Part shown: piece by piece, positions 35,601-50,600 of the stretch
Layout of the letters: every line of letters begins with the position of its first letter
Numbering within the stretch: the first letter of the stretch is position 1
Virus record (IMG/VR): IMGVR_UViG_3300028557_000048
Span: 1-54,688 of that record
Reading direction: 5' to 3' (one strand)
Source: a virus
Lineage: Duplodnaviria; Caudoviricetes
Length of the DNA stretch: 54,688 bases
Made by a program: the position numbers and the translations under genes
Notes under the pieces: model-generated
Database searches by the model: none
What the model was told of the DNA's origin: nothing
Seen by the model: the letters and a program-made list of their open reading frames with translations, nothing else

Positions 35601-38600
35601 CTCAATATCAGGTATTTGAATTTGGATTTAATATTTTCCGCCCATCAACCCCTCTGAACACCTATGTTTGTGATATTGCCGCATCACCTACCCCGAGTTT
35701 AACTAATCCTGGTTGGACTCCTGTTCAAGTGTTCGTCAACAATGTTTACCAAACACCTGACAAATACACCGTTACCATTGGCAATAGCACTACTAAAATT
35801 GTATTGAATGATACTCCTACCGAATCTACTATTATTCAAGTACTGATCATCAGTGATCAAGTAAGCAAGACTGCATACTACACTATTCCAATTAATTTGA
35901 ATAACAATCCATTGAACGACGACATCACCACAGCTAACATCGGTGATATACGTTTACAATATCGCGACATCTTCATCAATGCACCCAACACGACGGGTGA
36001 CCTCTTTGGTTCAAACAACTATAGAGATTTAGGAAATCTAGTGCCCTACGGCACTGCGATTATTCAGAACTCTGCGTCACTTGTGTTGCCGGGTACATTC
36101 TTACGCAAACAAAATTATAATCTGTTTGATGCACTGTTGTTCAACAGCAGGGAATACATCAAATATAAGCAATTGATTGTTGACACCGTTAACAATATGG
36201 ATCTTGTGCAAAGATATCTGCCTGCTCAACTTCTAGATATGGCACTAGATCAGATCACTGATGCCAAAAGTCAAATTCAAGCATTTTTCTGGTCAGACAT
36301 GCTTCCAGTTAAGTCAGCATTCCGTACCAATACTTATACGTTTGCCAACACACTAGATACAACGATATATCCATTATCAAAAGTATATAATTTTCAAACA
36401 GCAAATTATGACGGAGTTCTAGTTTATCTGTCACGTATCGTAGACAACAATCGTGTTCAACGGCAATTGATCAAAGGGGTTGACTACAGTGTCAGCGCCG
36501 AATCTCCGTCATTGACTATCACTCTCGACCTACAGCCAAACGATCAAATAACGATCAATGAATATAATCAGACATATGGCTCTTATGTACCCAACACTCC
36601 AACTAAGTTGGGAATGTATCCTGCGTCAATTCCGGGCGTGGTACTAGATTCTGATTATTCGCAGCCTACTTATTTTATTAAAGGACACGACGGTTCTTAT
36701 ACTAAGCTGTATGGTACGTACATTCCTGAAACTCAAGTTCTCGTCGATTTCAGAGACCAAGCTCTATTAGAATTCGAAAAAAGAGTTTATAACAACCTTA
36801 AATTAAATGCAGAAGTTCCAATACAAAGATATGAAGTTATTCCTGGATATTTCAGAGACCCAACTTATACTTGGAATGAATTCTTAGAAATTTATACCCC
36901 GTCTTTCTTAAACTGGGTTGGTCAAAATAGATTAAATTACAAGACCCAGCTTTACAATAAGAACAACCAATATACCTACAACTATACAAGTGCAAGCAAC
37001 AAGATAGATAAGGCACAGATCGATCAAGGGTATTGGAGAGGTACATACGAATATTTTTATGATACGACTACTCCTAATTTGACCCCTTGGGAAATGCTGG
37101 GCTTCGTTGACGAACCTAGTTGGTGGACAGAACGATATGGTCCGGCTCCGTACACAAGCGACAACGGTATTCTTTGGGCTGATCTAGAAGCCGGATATGT
37201 TTGGAATAACGGAAGTTCCTACATTATCCCTGAACTAGCTCGTCCCGGACTATCAAACATCATTCCAGTCGATACTGCAGGCAATCTGTTGTCTCCGTTA
37301 ATTTCGATTGTTGGAAATTACAACCCGAATGCTTTTCAGAAAGATTGGAAAGTAGGAGACGATGGCCCAGTAGAATTCTCATATCGTCGCAGTTCGTCAT
37401 TTCCATTCGATGTCATGCGAATCTTTGCGTTGACTCGACCAACTGATTTCTTTAATTTAGGGGTTGACCTCGACAATTACAAATACAATACTGAATTTGA
37501 ACAGTATCTAGTCAATGACAGAAGTCATCTAGTAGTTAGCGATGTAGAGATTTATGGCGATGGCATTGCAAAAACATCATACATCAACTGGATAGTTGAT
37601 TATGCGAAGCAAATTGGACTAAACGCAACTCAAAATATCAAGGATCTACTTTCTAATCTCGACGTGAGATTGATTTACCGACTTGCTGGATATAGCGACA
37701 AAACATTGCTCAACTTCTATGTTGAGAAAGGCACGCCCAACTCACGGAATTCTTCCTTGTTGATTCCAGATGAGAGTTATTCTGTATTATTGTATGATAA
37801 TCAACCATTTGACAAGTTAATGTTTACTGGTATTATTATCCAGCAAGTTCCAAATGGTTGGAAAGTATATGGTAACTCGCAGAATTTTGCATACTTTACT
37901 GTACTTGATCCATTAGATAATGGTAATTATGAATATACTGCTGTTGCAGACATCACTGTAAAAACTACAGCGTCGTATAAGACAACGGAAACTCTTGTTC
38001 CGTACGGTACTATGTTCTATACTGCACAAGACGTGTCACAATTTATATTGAGCTATGGTGCTTGGGTAGAATCAAAAGGTATGAAGTTCGCAGAAATCCA
38101 GAATGGTATTGAACTTAACTGGACGCAAATGGTTTATGAGTTCTTGTATTGGGCACAGACTGGTTGGGAAAATGGTAGCGTAATTACGCTCAACCCAGCA
38201 GCAACTACATTGTCAGTCGATACCGGAACCTCTATCGTACAGCCGTTGACATTGCAACAGATCAATTTCATACTCAATCAGAATTTGTACCCAATACAAT
38301 CAACTGACATGTCTGTTAGTCGGGTAGGTACGGAATTTACCGTCAACGCGTTGAATCAAGGTGACACGATATCATACGCACAATTTAACTTCAGTAACTT
38401 TGAACACGGCATCGTGTTTGATAATGTAACATTATTCAATGACGTAATTTATAATCTAGTAACTGGTCTTCGCCAAAACCGTATCAAGGTAATTGGAACT
38501 AAGAGTGCAGCGTGGGACGGCACGGTAAATGCATATGGCTTTATTCTTAACCAAGACAATATTACCGAATGGTCGCGAGAAATAAAGTACACCAAAGGTT

Positions 38601-41600
38601 CTATAGTAAAATATAAGAATAAGTATTGGACTGCCCTTAAGATCGTTGAGCCTGCACAGTTATTCAATGAAATGAGCTGGAAGGAAATCGACTACAACGA
38701 TATTCAAAAAGGCATGTTGCCGAACGCATCAACTCGTGCATACGAAAGCACACTATATTATAATCGCGACGTAGCTAACCTAGAGCAAGATTCTAATTTA
38801 CTTGGGTACTCGTTAATCGGATATAGACCTCGCGATTATCTTGCATTAGCCAACTTAACCGATGTTACACAAGTCAACGTTTATCAAAACATGATTCGTA
38901 ACATGGGCACTCGCAACGCAGTCAATGCCTTCAAGGGTGCAAATCTTCCACAAGGTGGAATTGATTACAATGTATATGAAAATTGGGCAATTCAGTCGGG
39001 TGAGTACGGCGGATTATTAAATGAAAACTTTGTTGAGTTCAGAATCAATCAAACAAACCTAACAGGAAATCCTTCTATCGTTAGCTTGACTACAGGGATG
39101 CCAACTGTTGGTTCTATGCAAGAAGTCGAGTTGACCAATCTGTTTAACTATGGTAGATCAGTCACTGACCCAAACATATTAGCTACCCTTGATCCAGACA
39201 CGTACAACATCCCAAATAGCCTCTATCCAACATCAGGATATGCGAATTTCAACGATGTCAAGATGTCATCATATTATTATGCAGGGTTGCCGAGAGCAGT
39301 CGACCAAAACGGCGTGGTCGTTCCTATTCAAAAATTCTATGTTCGTGATTACATGTGGTTGGCCAACTTCAAAGAGAAGTGGGGCATTTATTCTTGGAAA
39401 CCAGTCGGGCAAATTATACAAGTAAGAAGCAACCTTAATGGTACTAGTACTATTACATTCAGTGAACCACACAATCTAACGAGACTAGAACCTATCTCAA
39501 TCGTTAATTTTGCACCCAACGTCGATGGGTACTACATCGTTGCTGACTTAGTAAATCTCAATGAGGTGATAATCAATTTTGGTGGCGACATATCTGGTCA
39601 AGGATCACTCCAAGGGCAGGGCATTGGCTTACGATTTGTTCCACAACGTGTTGCTACAAGTGCCGACATCGCTACCCTAGACTTACTAGAAGCAGAATTT
39701 GTCAAAAATACAGTATGGGTAGATGAAAACAATGACGGTGATTGGGCAGTATATCGAAAGAGCATCAACTACCAATACAGCACTGAGCTAACAAAAACTT
39801 CAGCAGTAGCCTACGGTACTGCGGTAGCACACTCTGATAGTATTGGATATTTGATCAGTGATTCTGGATTAGGTGAAGTTTATCGATATGCATATGATGC
39901 GACGAACGATATATATGGCATTGACCCGCAAGTCTTGTCTGAAGGCACATCGTTTGGGTCAAAAATAATTCACCAAGATGATATTATCGTCATCACTAAA
40001 CCAGATGGTGCTGCCAACGATGTTTGGGTTTACATATATACTCTAAACAATAGCATCGTGTCAGATGACTTGTTACTGTATCAAAAGATTCTTGCACCAT
40101 TCTCAGCAACTCACTGGGCCGATGAAGTTGCATTATCTGCTGACACAAATTGGCTGTATATTGCAGATTCAGAAAATACTCTAGTCTATGTATATCGTAA
40201 AGATCAAATCTTGCTTGATGCAGGGTATTTTGCTATAGGTGAAACATATAACATCACTGAAGTAGGCACCACTGACTTTACTGCGATTGGAGCAATCGAC
40301 AATAAAGTAGGCATCACTTTTGTTGCGACTGGACCGGGTACTGGATCAGGCAGCGCAATGCAAATTACATATCGCCAGTCAACCGTCATCAACGGTTCGT
40401 TATATGGATTGTCAAACACAGATGGTTTTGGTAAAGCATTATCAACTAATAGCACAGGCAACATTCTTGCGATAGGTGCTCCTAATAGAGACTATAGTGC
40501 AACTATCACTGACTGGGGCACTACTTATGTGCTGCAACGAACAGTTCAAACAGTTGAATCTCAGTATACAACAGTTGGTTATCAGCCGCACATATTCCAG
40601 TTAGCATGGACTCCAACTGCCGGGGCTATTCGCACCGCGAATGCAGTAACATCTAACTATATACAATGCAACGCTACTATGACAGTGTTCGATATAGATA
40701 CTCCGGTGGTTTTTGCTGGATCTAATTTGGGTACTACTGGAATTGATCCCAATGTTGTTTATTACATCGCTGATATTATTGGTAATACTATTGCACTAAA
40801 GACATCTCGGTCAACTACCGATATAGTACCGTTAACAAATGGTAGCGGACTGTCATTCTCTGTGTATGTACAGGTAAATCCTCTTTATGTTTATGTTAAC
40901 GGTACGTTAGTGCAAGATAACAACTATGCAGTTATCGGCAGTACGTTACTCTACAGTGGATACTTGCTAGCAGGGGACATCGTTGATATCAGTGATAACC
41001 AATTCAACGTATCACAGAACTTCAACTCACGCTTTGTCGATAGAACCAATATTCAATTTGGTTACGATATTGACATGACTAGACAAGGCGCGGACATCCT
41101 TGTTGGGTCACCTTTTGAAATTGACACTAAAAATCGCGAAGGAGCAGTTTACCGCTACACTAACGGCGGCGCCAGATATGGTTTGGTTATCGGAAGCACG
41201 GCATGCACGGTATTAGGTCCTAGAAATCTATTAATCAATGGATATCTAGTGCAGTTGAATGCAGGCAATGCAACCGCGATTGCTGATACGATTAATTCAT
41301 CGAATGTAACAAACGTTCGGGCATCGTCGACCACTGATAACCGATTGATCATTCAAGTTGTAGATAGTGCATTAACACGATATAACGAAAAGCTACTGAT
41401 TAGCGTGGTTGACCAAAGTACGTTAGATGAACTTGGCATTCAACTTTACACGGAAACACAGATCATCAACTGCCCGCACGAAGCGGGTGCAACTCAGTTC
41501 GGATCAACTATCAAGTTTAACGAGTTCGATTCGGTTGTGATCGCCGCCCCCGTCGGCACCCGCTGGACTTCTACTACTTTTGATTTTGACGACGACGAGA

Positions 41601-44600
41601 ACAACAATGACGACACTATATTTGACAATAATGCAACTCGTTTCCTAGAATCATATACCAATGCCGGTGCAGTATACATGTTTGACTTGCTCACTGAGTA
41701 TAATGAAAGCTTGACCAAACCCAGTGCATTCGTGTATGCCCAGAGCATAAATGCAACTGATCAAGACTATGGTAACGAACCTCGTTACGGTACTGCTATC
41801 GATTTCAACAATAACGTTGTAATGGTCGGCACTCCTTACTTTCTGCCTACATTGACTGATGGTCAAGTTGTGATTTATAATAACGCATCTGGCATCAAAG
41901 ACTGGGCTCCTTATCGGCAGTCTGCTCCTGTCGTGAACATCGAGAAAATTCAAAATACACAATTGTTTAGCGCAGAAACCAATAATACATTAATCAATTT
42001 AGATTATATGGATCCATTGCAGGGTAAGTTATTGGGTGCAGTAAGAGAAAATATCGACTTTATAAGCAGTGTTGATCCTGCAAGGTACAATTCGGCATTG
42101 TCTGATGTCAGCGGCAATAAGTGGGGAACAGAGCAAATTGGTAAAATTTGGTTCAACACTGCAAACGTGCGCTGGGTAAATTACCATCAGAATGATGTGG
42201 TTTATAATTCGAAATATTGGGGCGCGCTGTTTCCGGGATCAGATGTGGCAGTGTGTACTTGGGTCGCGAGTTTTAATCCGCCTGACCAATATATTGGTCC
42301 TGGATTACCCCTTGATCCAGCGCAATATTCCATTAGTGCAATTCTAAATGCAACTAACTCAGCAGTACCAGTATATTGTTTTTGGGTAAGAAATACAGGA
42401 ATAGTATTCAACCAACAGGGCAAAACACTGGCTGATTCAGTGATTTCGTCATACATTGCTAATCCTTTAAGTAGCGGCATCGCTTATATGGCACCTCTTC
42501 TACCCAATACTTTTGCGCTGTACAACAGTGACAGTTATATTAATGCTAATGATTCAGTATTCCACGTAGGATTTGGGGCAAGCGCCGGAAACGATGTTTC
42601 TCACCAAGAATTTACTTTGATCAGAGAAAATTATCCAGATGACTTCTTGCCTGGATTCCCTTCTTTTGCATTATCGCAGCTGGGAGAGATTATATCACCG
42701 TTACAAGCAGAAGCTGTGCAGAAGAATTCAATTCCTAAGGGACTGTATAGTAGAATGCTAGACTCTCTTGCAGGATGCGATGATGCCGGGAGTGTTGTGC
42801 CTAATCCATATTTACCTAAGGCAGTACAGTCGGGTGTTTTAGCTCGCCCAAGACAGAGTTTCTTCTATAATAGGTTCGCTGCATTGAATAACTATTTGGG
42901 ATACGCGAATTCTGTTCTAGCTCAATTCCCCATCGCAGAAATAAGAGAAAACGCATCCTTCTTATTTGCTAGCGGTGAGTTCTATAATACTCCTGATTAT
43001 TGGGAATATGTCAACTGGTGGGCCGAAGGATACAGCAACAATACACGTTCTATCACTCAAGTTCCATTAAATTCTGATCTTGTTGCATTATGCAATGTGG
43101 TCGACGGCACGATTGTTACAGTTGAACAAAATGGCGCTGGTAAATTCGAAGTATATCGCTATGACGCTGCAACAATGTCATGGACCAGAATTGGTCTCGA
43201 AAATGGAACGATTCAATTTAGTACATATTTATGGGACTACTCTGCTGCTAAATTAGGTTTCGGTGGAGATTTCTTTGACACGACCGCATTTGATCTTTAT
43301 CCTAGCCAAGAAACATACTATATTGTACGTGCATTGAATGAGCAAATTTACGTTGATGAACTGGTTGAATACCGAAATAAATCGTTGATTCTGTTGTTCG
43401 AATATATCCAAAGTGAAACCACTGAGTCACAGAACTTCTTGCCATGGTTAAATAAGACTTCATTAGTAGATGTGTCACATACTATTCGCGAATTGCGTCC
43501 TATTGAAGTGTATCAATCAGATAATCAAGAATTCCTAGAGGGATATATCAACGAAGTAAAACCCTATCATGTCGTAATTAAAGAATTTTTATTCAAGTAT
43601 ACTGGTATAGAAGAATATGCAGGGGCATTTACTGACTTCGATCTTCCGGCTGGGTGGAGCAGCACAAATCGAAAATACATCTCTCCTCAGTTAGTGTACG
43701 GTGACACAAGTAGCGTCTACGAATTCAATACCACTTCAAATCTTTGGGCTACTCCTGACTATAACGAGTGGTACACTCATTATGGGGTATCATTAACTGG
43801 AGAAACGGATTATGAGATAACTGAACTTCGATCATATGTAAATCTAGGATCAAGTTATATCGCTGTCGATAATGCACAGGGTTTCCCAATCAACGGTACT
43901 ATCAAGATCGGCGATGAACAGATAGGGTATTCTTATGTCGACCGCTCATTAAATATTATCGGTGGGTTGTTAAGAGGATTAAACAATACTTTGGTCTCGG
44001 ATCACATTCCGGGAGAGATTGTATCGATTGATTTGCCAGCAGTGCTTGTACTTGACGGAGGCAGGGGATACAATAATCCTCCTAAGGTTACTGCATACAT
44101 CGATTTAGAAAAATACCCTCAACCAAGAACCACAGCACAGCTTGAAGCAGTAATGAGTTTAGATTCTGTTATCGGTATTAATGTCATCGACCCGGGAGAT
44201 GGGTACGCTGTTCTTCCTGAAATTCGCATCGAGTCTGCTTCTCAAATATCTTTTAACAGCACAGCAATTAATTCAGAACTACACACCATACAAGTATATG
44301 CCCCTGCCTTACGTACCGGCGACATCGTCCAATACAAAGATGGAACCTTAGGCGGAAGTGTTGGGCGTTTGCTCAACGACCAATGGTACTATGTAAATGT
44401 GTTGGAAAATTTCCCGGTCGCTGTTATTGCATTGTTTAGTAATGTAAGTGATGCAATTAAAAATCAAAATAGAATTCCTATCTATGCAAATAGTATTGTT
44501 TCTGGCATGTCTATCAATACTGGAGCGAGAGCATCAGCAATATCATCTGCGGCACCAGTAAGGGAAAACAACGTTACTCTACGCTTTGACCGTACTACCT

Positions 44601-47600
44601 ACAACTCACAAGTTGTTGACTGGTCACCGGGAGCCTACTATGGATCATTCTTTGCTGGTTCATACTTCAACAGTGAATCAATTGCTAGCTCGTCGATTAC
44701 ACTAGACAATGAAAATCCTTCTATCGACAATATTCTAGCAAGCGCCCAAGGTCTTGCATTAGAGATTTCTAGCGTAGCGAATGACAGGCAGATTACATGG
44801 TCTTCGTTTGTAAGATATGTTGGACAAACTAGCAGCGGCGACAATTATATCACATTGATTCCGCAAGACGGTAATCCGGTGACGATTGATCCTACTCTAG
44901 TTCCGGCTGCTGCCTCAGGCGGCACTACAGGATTCTATGTAGGAATGCCGATCAAATTTACGGGCGCTACTGTAGGTGGGTTGACTGACAGTCAAATATA
45001 TTATGTGGCTGAAGTAGTTGATGAAATCAACTTTACCGTGTCAGCAACAGAAGGCGGCTCGGTATTTTCTCTAACTAGCGGAACTGTTAGTGCAGCCGGA
45101 TTAGAATGCTACGTAGCAGATGTTACTGATACTGCCGTTCTTACAGTGAATTATCCCGGCATACTCACTGCAACCGCGACGACTGCTGGTACTAATGTAA
45201 TTACTATTCCAACTAGCGAGATTGGCACCGGCGGAACTGCTGGATTCTATCCGGGTATTCCGTTATTTTTCCCTGATCCTACATTCGGTGGAATCACTCC
45301 TAATGAAATCTACTATGTGACAACAATCGTTGATGAACAAAATATTACTATTTCAACAAATCAGGCTGCATTAACGCTTACAGTTACCGGAACCGTTGGT
45401 ATTTCTGACACAGTAGTCATTAATGATACTGCCAACTTAGCAATCAACGATCCTATTATTTTCACTAGTTTAACGGGTACGCTCGTTGCTGCTGGGCTTG
45501 TTTCCGGTAAAACGTACTATGTGAACAGAATAGTTAATTCTACTGAGATCACTCTTGCTGAAGTAATAAATGGCCCTGTCGTGCTATTGAATACTGGTTC
45601 AGGAACAGGTCTATTGACTAGCCAAGCTGATACGTTGCAATTGACTACCGACACTGGTTCTATGACAATGAACGTTTCTCTTCCAGCAAGCCCTGGACAA
45701 ATTAACGGTCAGTTGTTTACGCTTTATAACACATCAGGACAGTATCCTAATCTTGACACCGCCAGTATTACTGCACTAATCGAGCGATCTGTCCAAGCTA
45801 CTATAGGCGACGGGACTTCAGCTGGGGTTAATAGGATTGCAATTTTAGACGCTGAACAAGGAACATCTAACTTCTATGTTAACATGCCGGTTCGGTTCGA
45901 CACGGCTGTGGGCGGACTGTCAACAGCTACAACATATTATGTCATCGATTATTCAGGAAGACTTGTTCCGGATGTATTAAATCCAGGCAACTTTATCACC
46001 CAACCTAACATCGAAGTATTTGTGGTGTCAACATCATCGTCTACTAACCGAATGACAGTTGACACGGTTGATACTCCGGGCACCGACACACTATATCAAG
46101 GAATGATGATTGTATTTTCCGGAGCAGCTTTGGGCGGCGTAGTCAGCACGCGGGAATACTATGTCAAAGACATCATTTCTCAATCGCAGTTCACTATCAG
46201 TGATACACTAGCAGGAGCACTAGATCCACTAGCTCCTCCGGTAACATTGACGACATCAAACGGTCTTATGGTTGGCACAGGCGATCCTTATTTGGTCGTG
46301 TCAGCGACATTGGGCGGCTCAGCAGTCAATCTGACGACAGACACCACCGAATCTCGAATGGTTCAATTCCCTAATCCTTCAGGATCGAACCCTCCGTCAT
46401 TCGACGTGTCATATATCTTGGGCGGATACAGAGTAATCATCGCTGACGGAAGTACAGGTTTCGCTATCGATAACGTACTTACTCTTTCTGGGGCAAGCGT
46501 AGGTGGAACTAGTCCAAACAATGACCTCACTCTCACTGTTAATACAATCGACGATGACGGGAGCATCACTGACGTAATCATCTCCGGGACTGTGCCTGGG
46601 GAATCAAATCAATACTATTTAAAAGTTCGGTCACCGTATGAGCTTGAGGTATACTCTAATCCATTAATGACTGTTCCGGTTAGCGGAATAGATTTTGCAT
46701 ACACTGGATTTACATCGACTACGGTAACTGAAACTCAAGCTGGACCTACTTCTACGATCACAGTCAATAATGCTTCTGTGTTTGAACTATATGACGCAGT
46801 TGTATTTACAGGTACAGTTGCGGGAGGCATCGTAGCGAACCAAACATACTACATCATTAACATCTCGACTAATTCGATACAACTAAGTACTACACCTTCA
46901 GGGTCAGCAATCACGCTAACTACTGTATTGGCAACTAACTTCACGATGGCTAAAACTGGCAGTATTGCATTGCTTCCTGAACCGTTCTACTTCTCTCCTT
47001 CTATCGTTAGATTTAATAATAGAGTTTACGTCTGCGCAATCTCAAACAATGATGACACCTTTGTTTTCGGTAAATGGGATTTATTAGATTCAGGAGATCG
47101 TAGATTGAACGCTATGGATAGAGTTATTGGCTATTATCGACCAACAGTCAATATGCCTGGCGTAGATTTAACTCAACTATTCGAGGGTGTAGAGTATCCT
47201 AACTCGACTTATTTGGGGAATGCGTTCGAACCCGATCAACAATGGCCACTTGACACGATATTACAAGATCAACCTTTCTATCCGACTGACGCCGACATTA
47301 CTTCTATATTATATCATGACGACAGATATCTTGCATCTGCTAATCTTCCTACTTCTTCTGCTATAATCAGCAATGCATTTGATGAAGCTACTTGGCAGGT
47401 AAATCGTTTAACTAATGCAGGAGTCGGGGTGACTGACATAATTTACGCAGATGATTATTATGTGATGACTTCATCGAATCCCGCAACGCCGATCTTTAGA
47501 AGCACTGACGGTGAACTGTGGAGTGCTAACGGGTATTTTATACCGTTCGGTGCTATATCGAATACTACGACTACATTGAGCAGCGCGTTGCTGACTTTAA

Positions 47601-50600
47601 ATTCAATTGCTTATTATAATAATCAGTGGTGTGCAGTAGGTGAAAACATCATTGTTAGTGCTGATGCTTATATATGGAATCAAGTGAGTGATTTTGATCC
47701 CGCTTATCAATATCAACTATATGGTGTCAGCGCAGTCCAGTTGCCAGCGTATTCTGGTTTTGTTACTGTCGGTAAAGGACTAAGACCAGATTATACTACT
47801 GGATTTACTCAAATAGTTCCTACTAATTTAATTCTGTACAGTTCAACAGGGCTTAATTGGACAGCAGTTTCGACGCTTACTAATAAAGGGCTCTATGGTA
47901 TTTCAAGTAATAATACTATAGCGATTGCAGTAGGCGAGTCCGGCGTCATATACGGTTCTGCTAATGGTGCTGATTGGTTAGGAATCAACGAAGTAACTGT
48001 AATTTCAGTAAATGCGTCGAATAATATATTGAACGTGACTAACACTGCTGGACTATCAATAAATGATTCTGTTCGCTTCTCGGCTTCATTCTCGTCGATT
48101 TTAGCAGGAACTACTTATTATATTAAGACTATCGTTTCTTCGACTCAAGTTACGTTGTCTGATACCTCAGGTGGCAGCACAAAAACATTAACTGTGGGTT
48201 CTCCGATAGATCAAACATTGATGTATATCTACGATGTGACCGACCCTATCCCATCAACACTACGAGACGTGATCTACGCAAACAATGTTTGGATTGCAGT
48301 AGGTGACGATGGCACGATCAAGACTGCACCAAATACCGGATTGATTTGGACTACACAAACTTCTGGTACTACTGAAAACCTGAATGGCATCGCGTATGAC
48401 AGCGGCGCATTAAAGTTTACTATTGTGGGCAATAACAGCACGATACTTGAGTCAGATGATAACGGTGTAACTTGGACTGACGTATCGGTATTTGCAGTTA
48501 CTCCTGCAGTATATGATGTTCAAGGTGATGCATTCTTGTCAGGATATGGACCAGAAGAACTAGTTCCTGGTGTGGTAACAGACACATTAGCAATGATCGT
48601 AACCACATCTCCCGGTACTAATTGGCCAGTTACCGAATATGCCCACACTGGCTATAACGTAATATCAATAGAAGTAGCTCCCGAATCAGCGACTCAAACC
48701 GTTTATAGTTTTAATAACATAGTGCGGTATCCAGTGCAAGTTTTTGTGCAGATTCTAGATGCGACAACAATGCTCGGCACAACACTAGCAGAAACTGAAT
48801 ATACCATAGATTGGATAAACAAATCAATCACCTTAAATACTCCAATCGGCTTCTCTCCTGCAATGGAAAAATTAAGAATAGACGTATATGAAGTGGGCAA
48901 TGGCAATCAGTTGGTGAAGTCAAACACCGATGCCGATCCAATCAGAACCAATACAGTAACTGGATTTGACGAGATATATCTTGATTGCAACTATAGTGCT
49001 GCAATCTTTAATGGCGGCGGCATAATTCGGCCAGATACAAATCCAATACAAGTTGAAGTTACTGCATCAGATAGCTCTAACAATAGATATACATGTGCAA
49101 GCGTGACGGAATTTGTAGTTAACGCCGCGATCACGTTTACCGGAGTCGTGTTTGGTGGTGTAGCAGAAGACACTGTTTATTATGTCAAGTCGATAAGTTA
49201 TGCCACAAATGCGATTAGTATTTCTGCATCTTATAATCCAATTACCGGAGTTGCAGGACCCACGCTCGTTCTCACTACTGACACCGGAACGATGCAAGCT
49301 ATTGTCCAGACTGGCACTGGTTTAGTATGGACTGATCCCATCGTGTACTTGAATGGCGAAAAGCTTGTATTTGGCAACACCGGACAGGTAACGAGAACCA
49401 ATGCTAGTAATAATGCACTAACAATCAATTCAACGTATGGATTTACTGCAGGGCTACCGATCACATTTAGCAATTCAATGTTTGGGGGTGTCATACAACC
49501 ACAAACAACTTATTATATCGCAACTGTTATCGACGACAATGAGTTCACTATTTCGGAAACATCCGGCGGCCCCATACTGACATTGACAAATGCAACAGGC
49601 GGCGCTGTTTGGATTACGAACGATTATGCGTTTGGCATTCAGCCAAACAGTGTTCAGGCTGTGATGATCTTTGCTACAGGTGACTATGACAACAGTATAG
49701 ATTATATTGCGTACTCAGTGTTCGGTGAGACTGAACCTGATCAATATAAATATACTGTACCAGAAGTCCAATGGTTCATTGGGAACGGAGCAGCCGCGAC
49801 GTTCAATCTGAACAATTACGTGGGTGATACTAACCCATACAATGCAGTAGTAGAAATTAACGGAGTACGACAGACACTTACTCAGTATACTATTGATAGT
49901 GACACTAATACTATCTTGTTCTATACACCTCCTATTATAGGTGCAACAATCAGCGTGCAAACTTACAACAGTACTGATAGACAGTATTTTGATACTCAAT
50001 ATGGTGTTACCGGATCACCTGGATCATCGTCGTTGAGCTTTACTGTAGGATCAACTACTCATTTGGTCGGCACATATGACCAAGACACTCCTTCAATTCA
50101 ATCGTATGACCAAGACACTCCTTCAATCGTTTCATATGATGAAGATATTAGCCTGTTAACCCTCTCATCTGGTAACACTAGCTCGCTGCAAGTCAATAAC
50201 GCAGTGACTTTTACTGCTCCTACTATCGGCGGAATCGTTGCAAATCAAACATATTATATCATAGAAATCATCAACTCTACTGATTTTGTTATTTCTGAGC
50301 AAGTAGGCGGCCAGCCTTTCGTAGTTACTACTGCTTCGGGGTCTATGGCAATGACATCAAATGGATTAACAGTTGCCCCGATCGCCAATATCATATCTAC
50401 ACTTTCTGTGCCTGTCGCTACTACTTACGCTACAGCGACTACTACAGGTACAAATCAGATTACCGTAACTAGTACTACTGGATTTATAGTAGATCAACCT
50501 GTTCAGTTTTATGGTACTGGTTTTGGCAACATACTGACTGACGGCACGGTTTACTTTGTCAACACTATCGGTACCGGGGTATTCACGATCAAAGATGAAA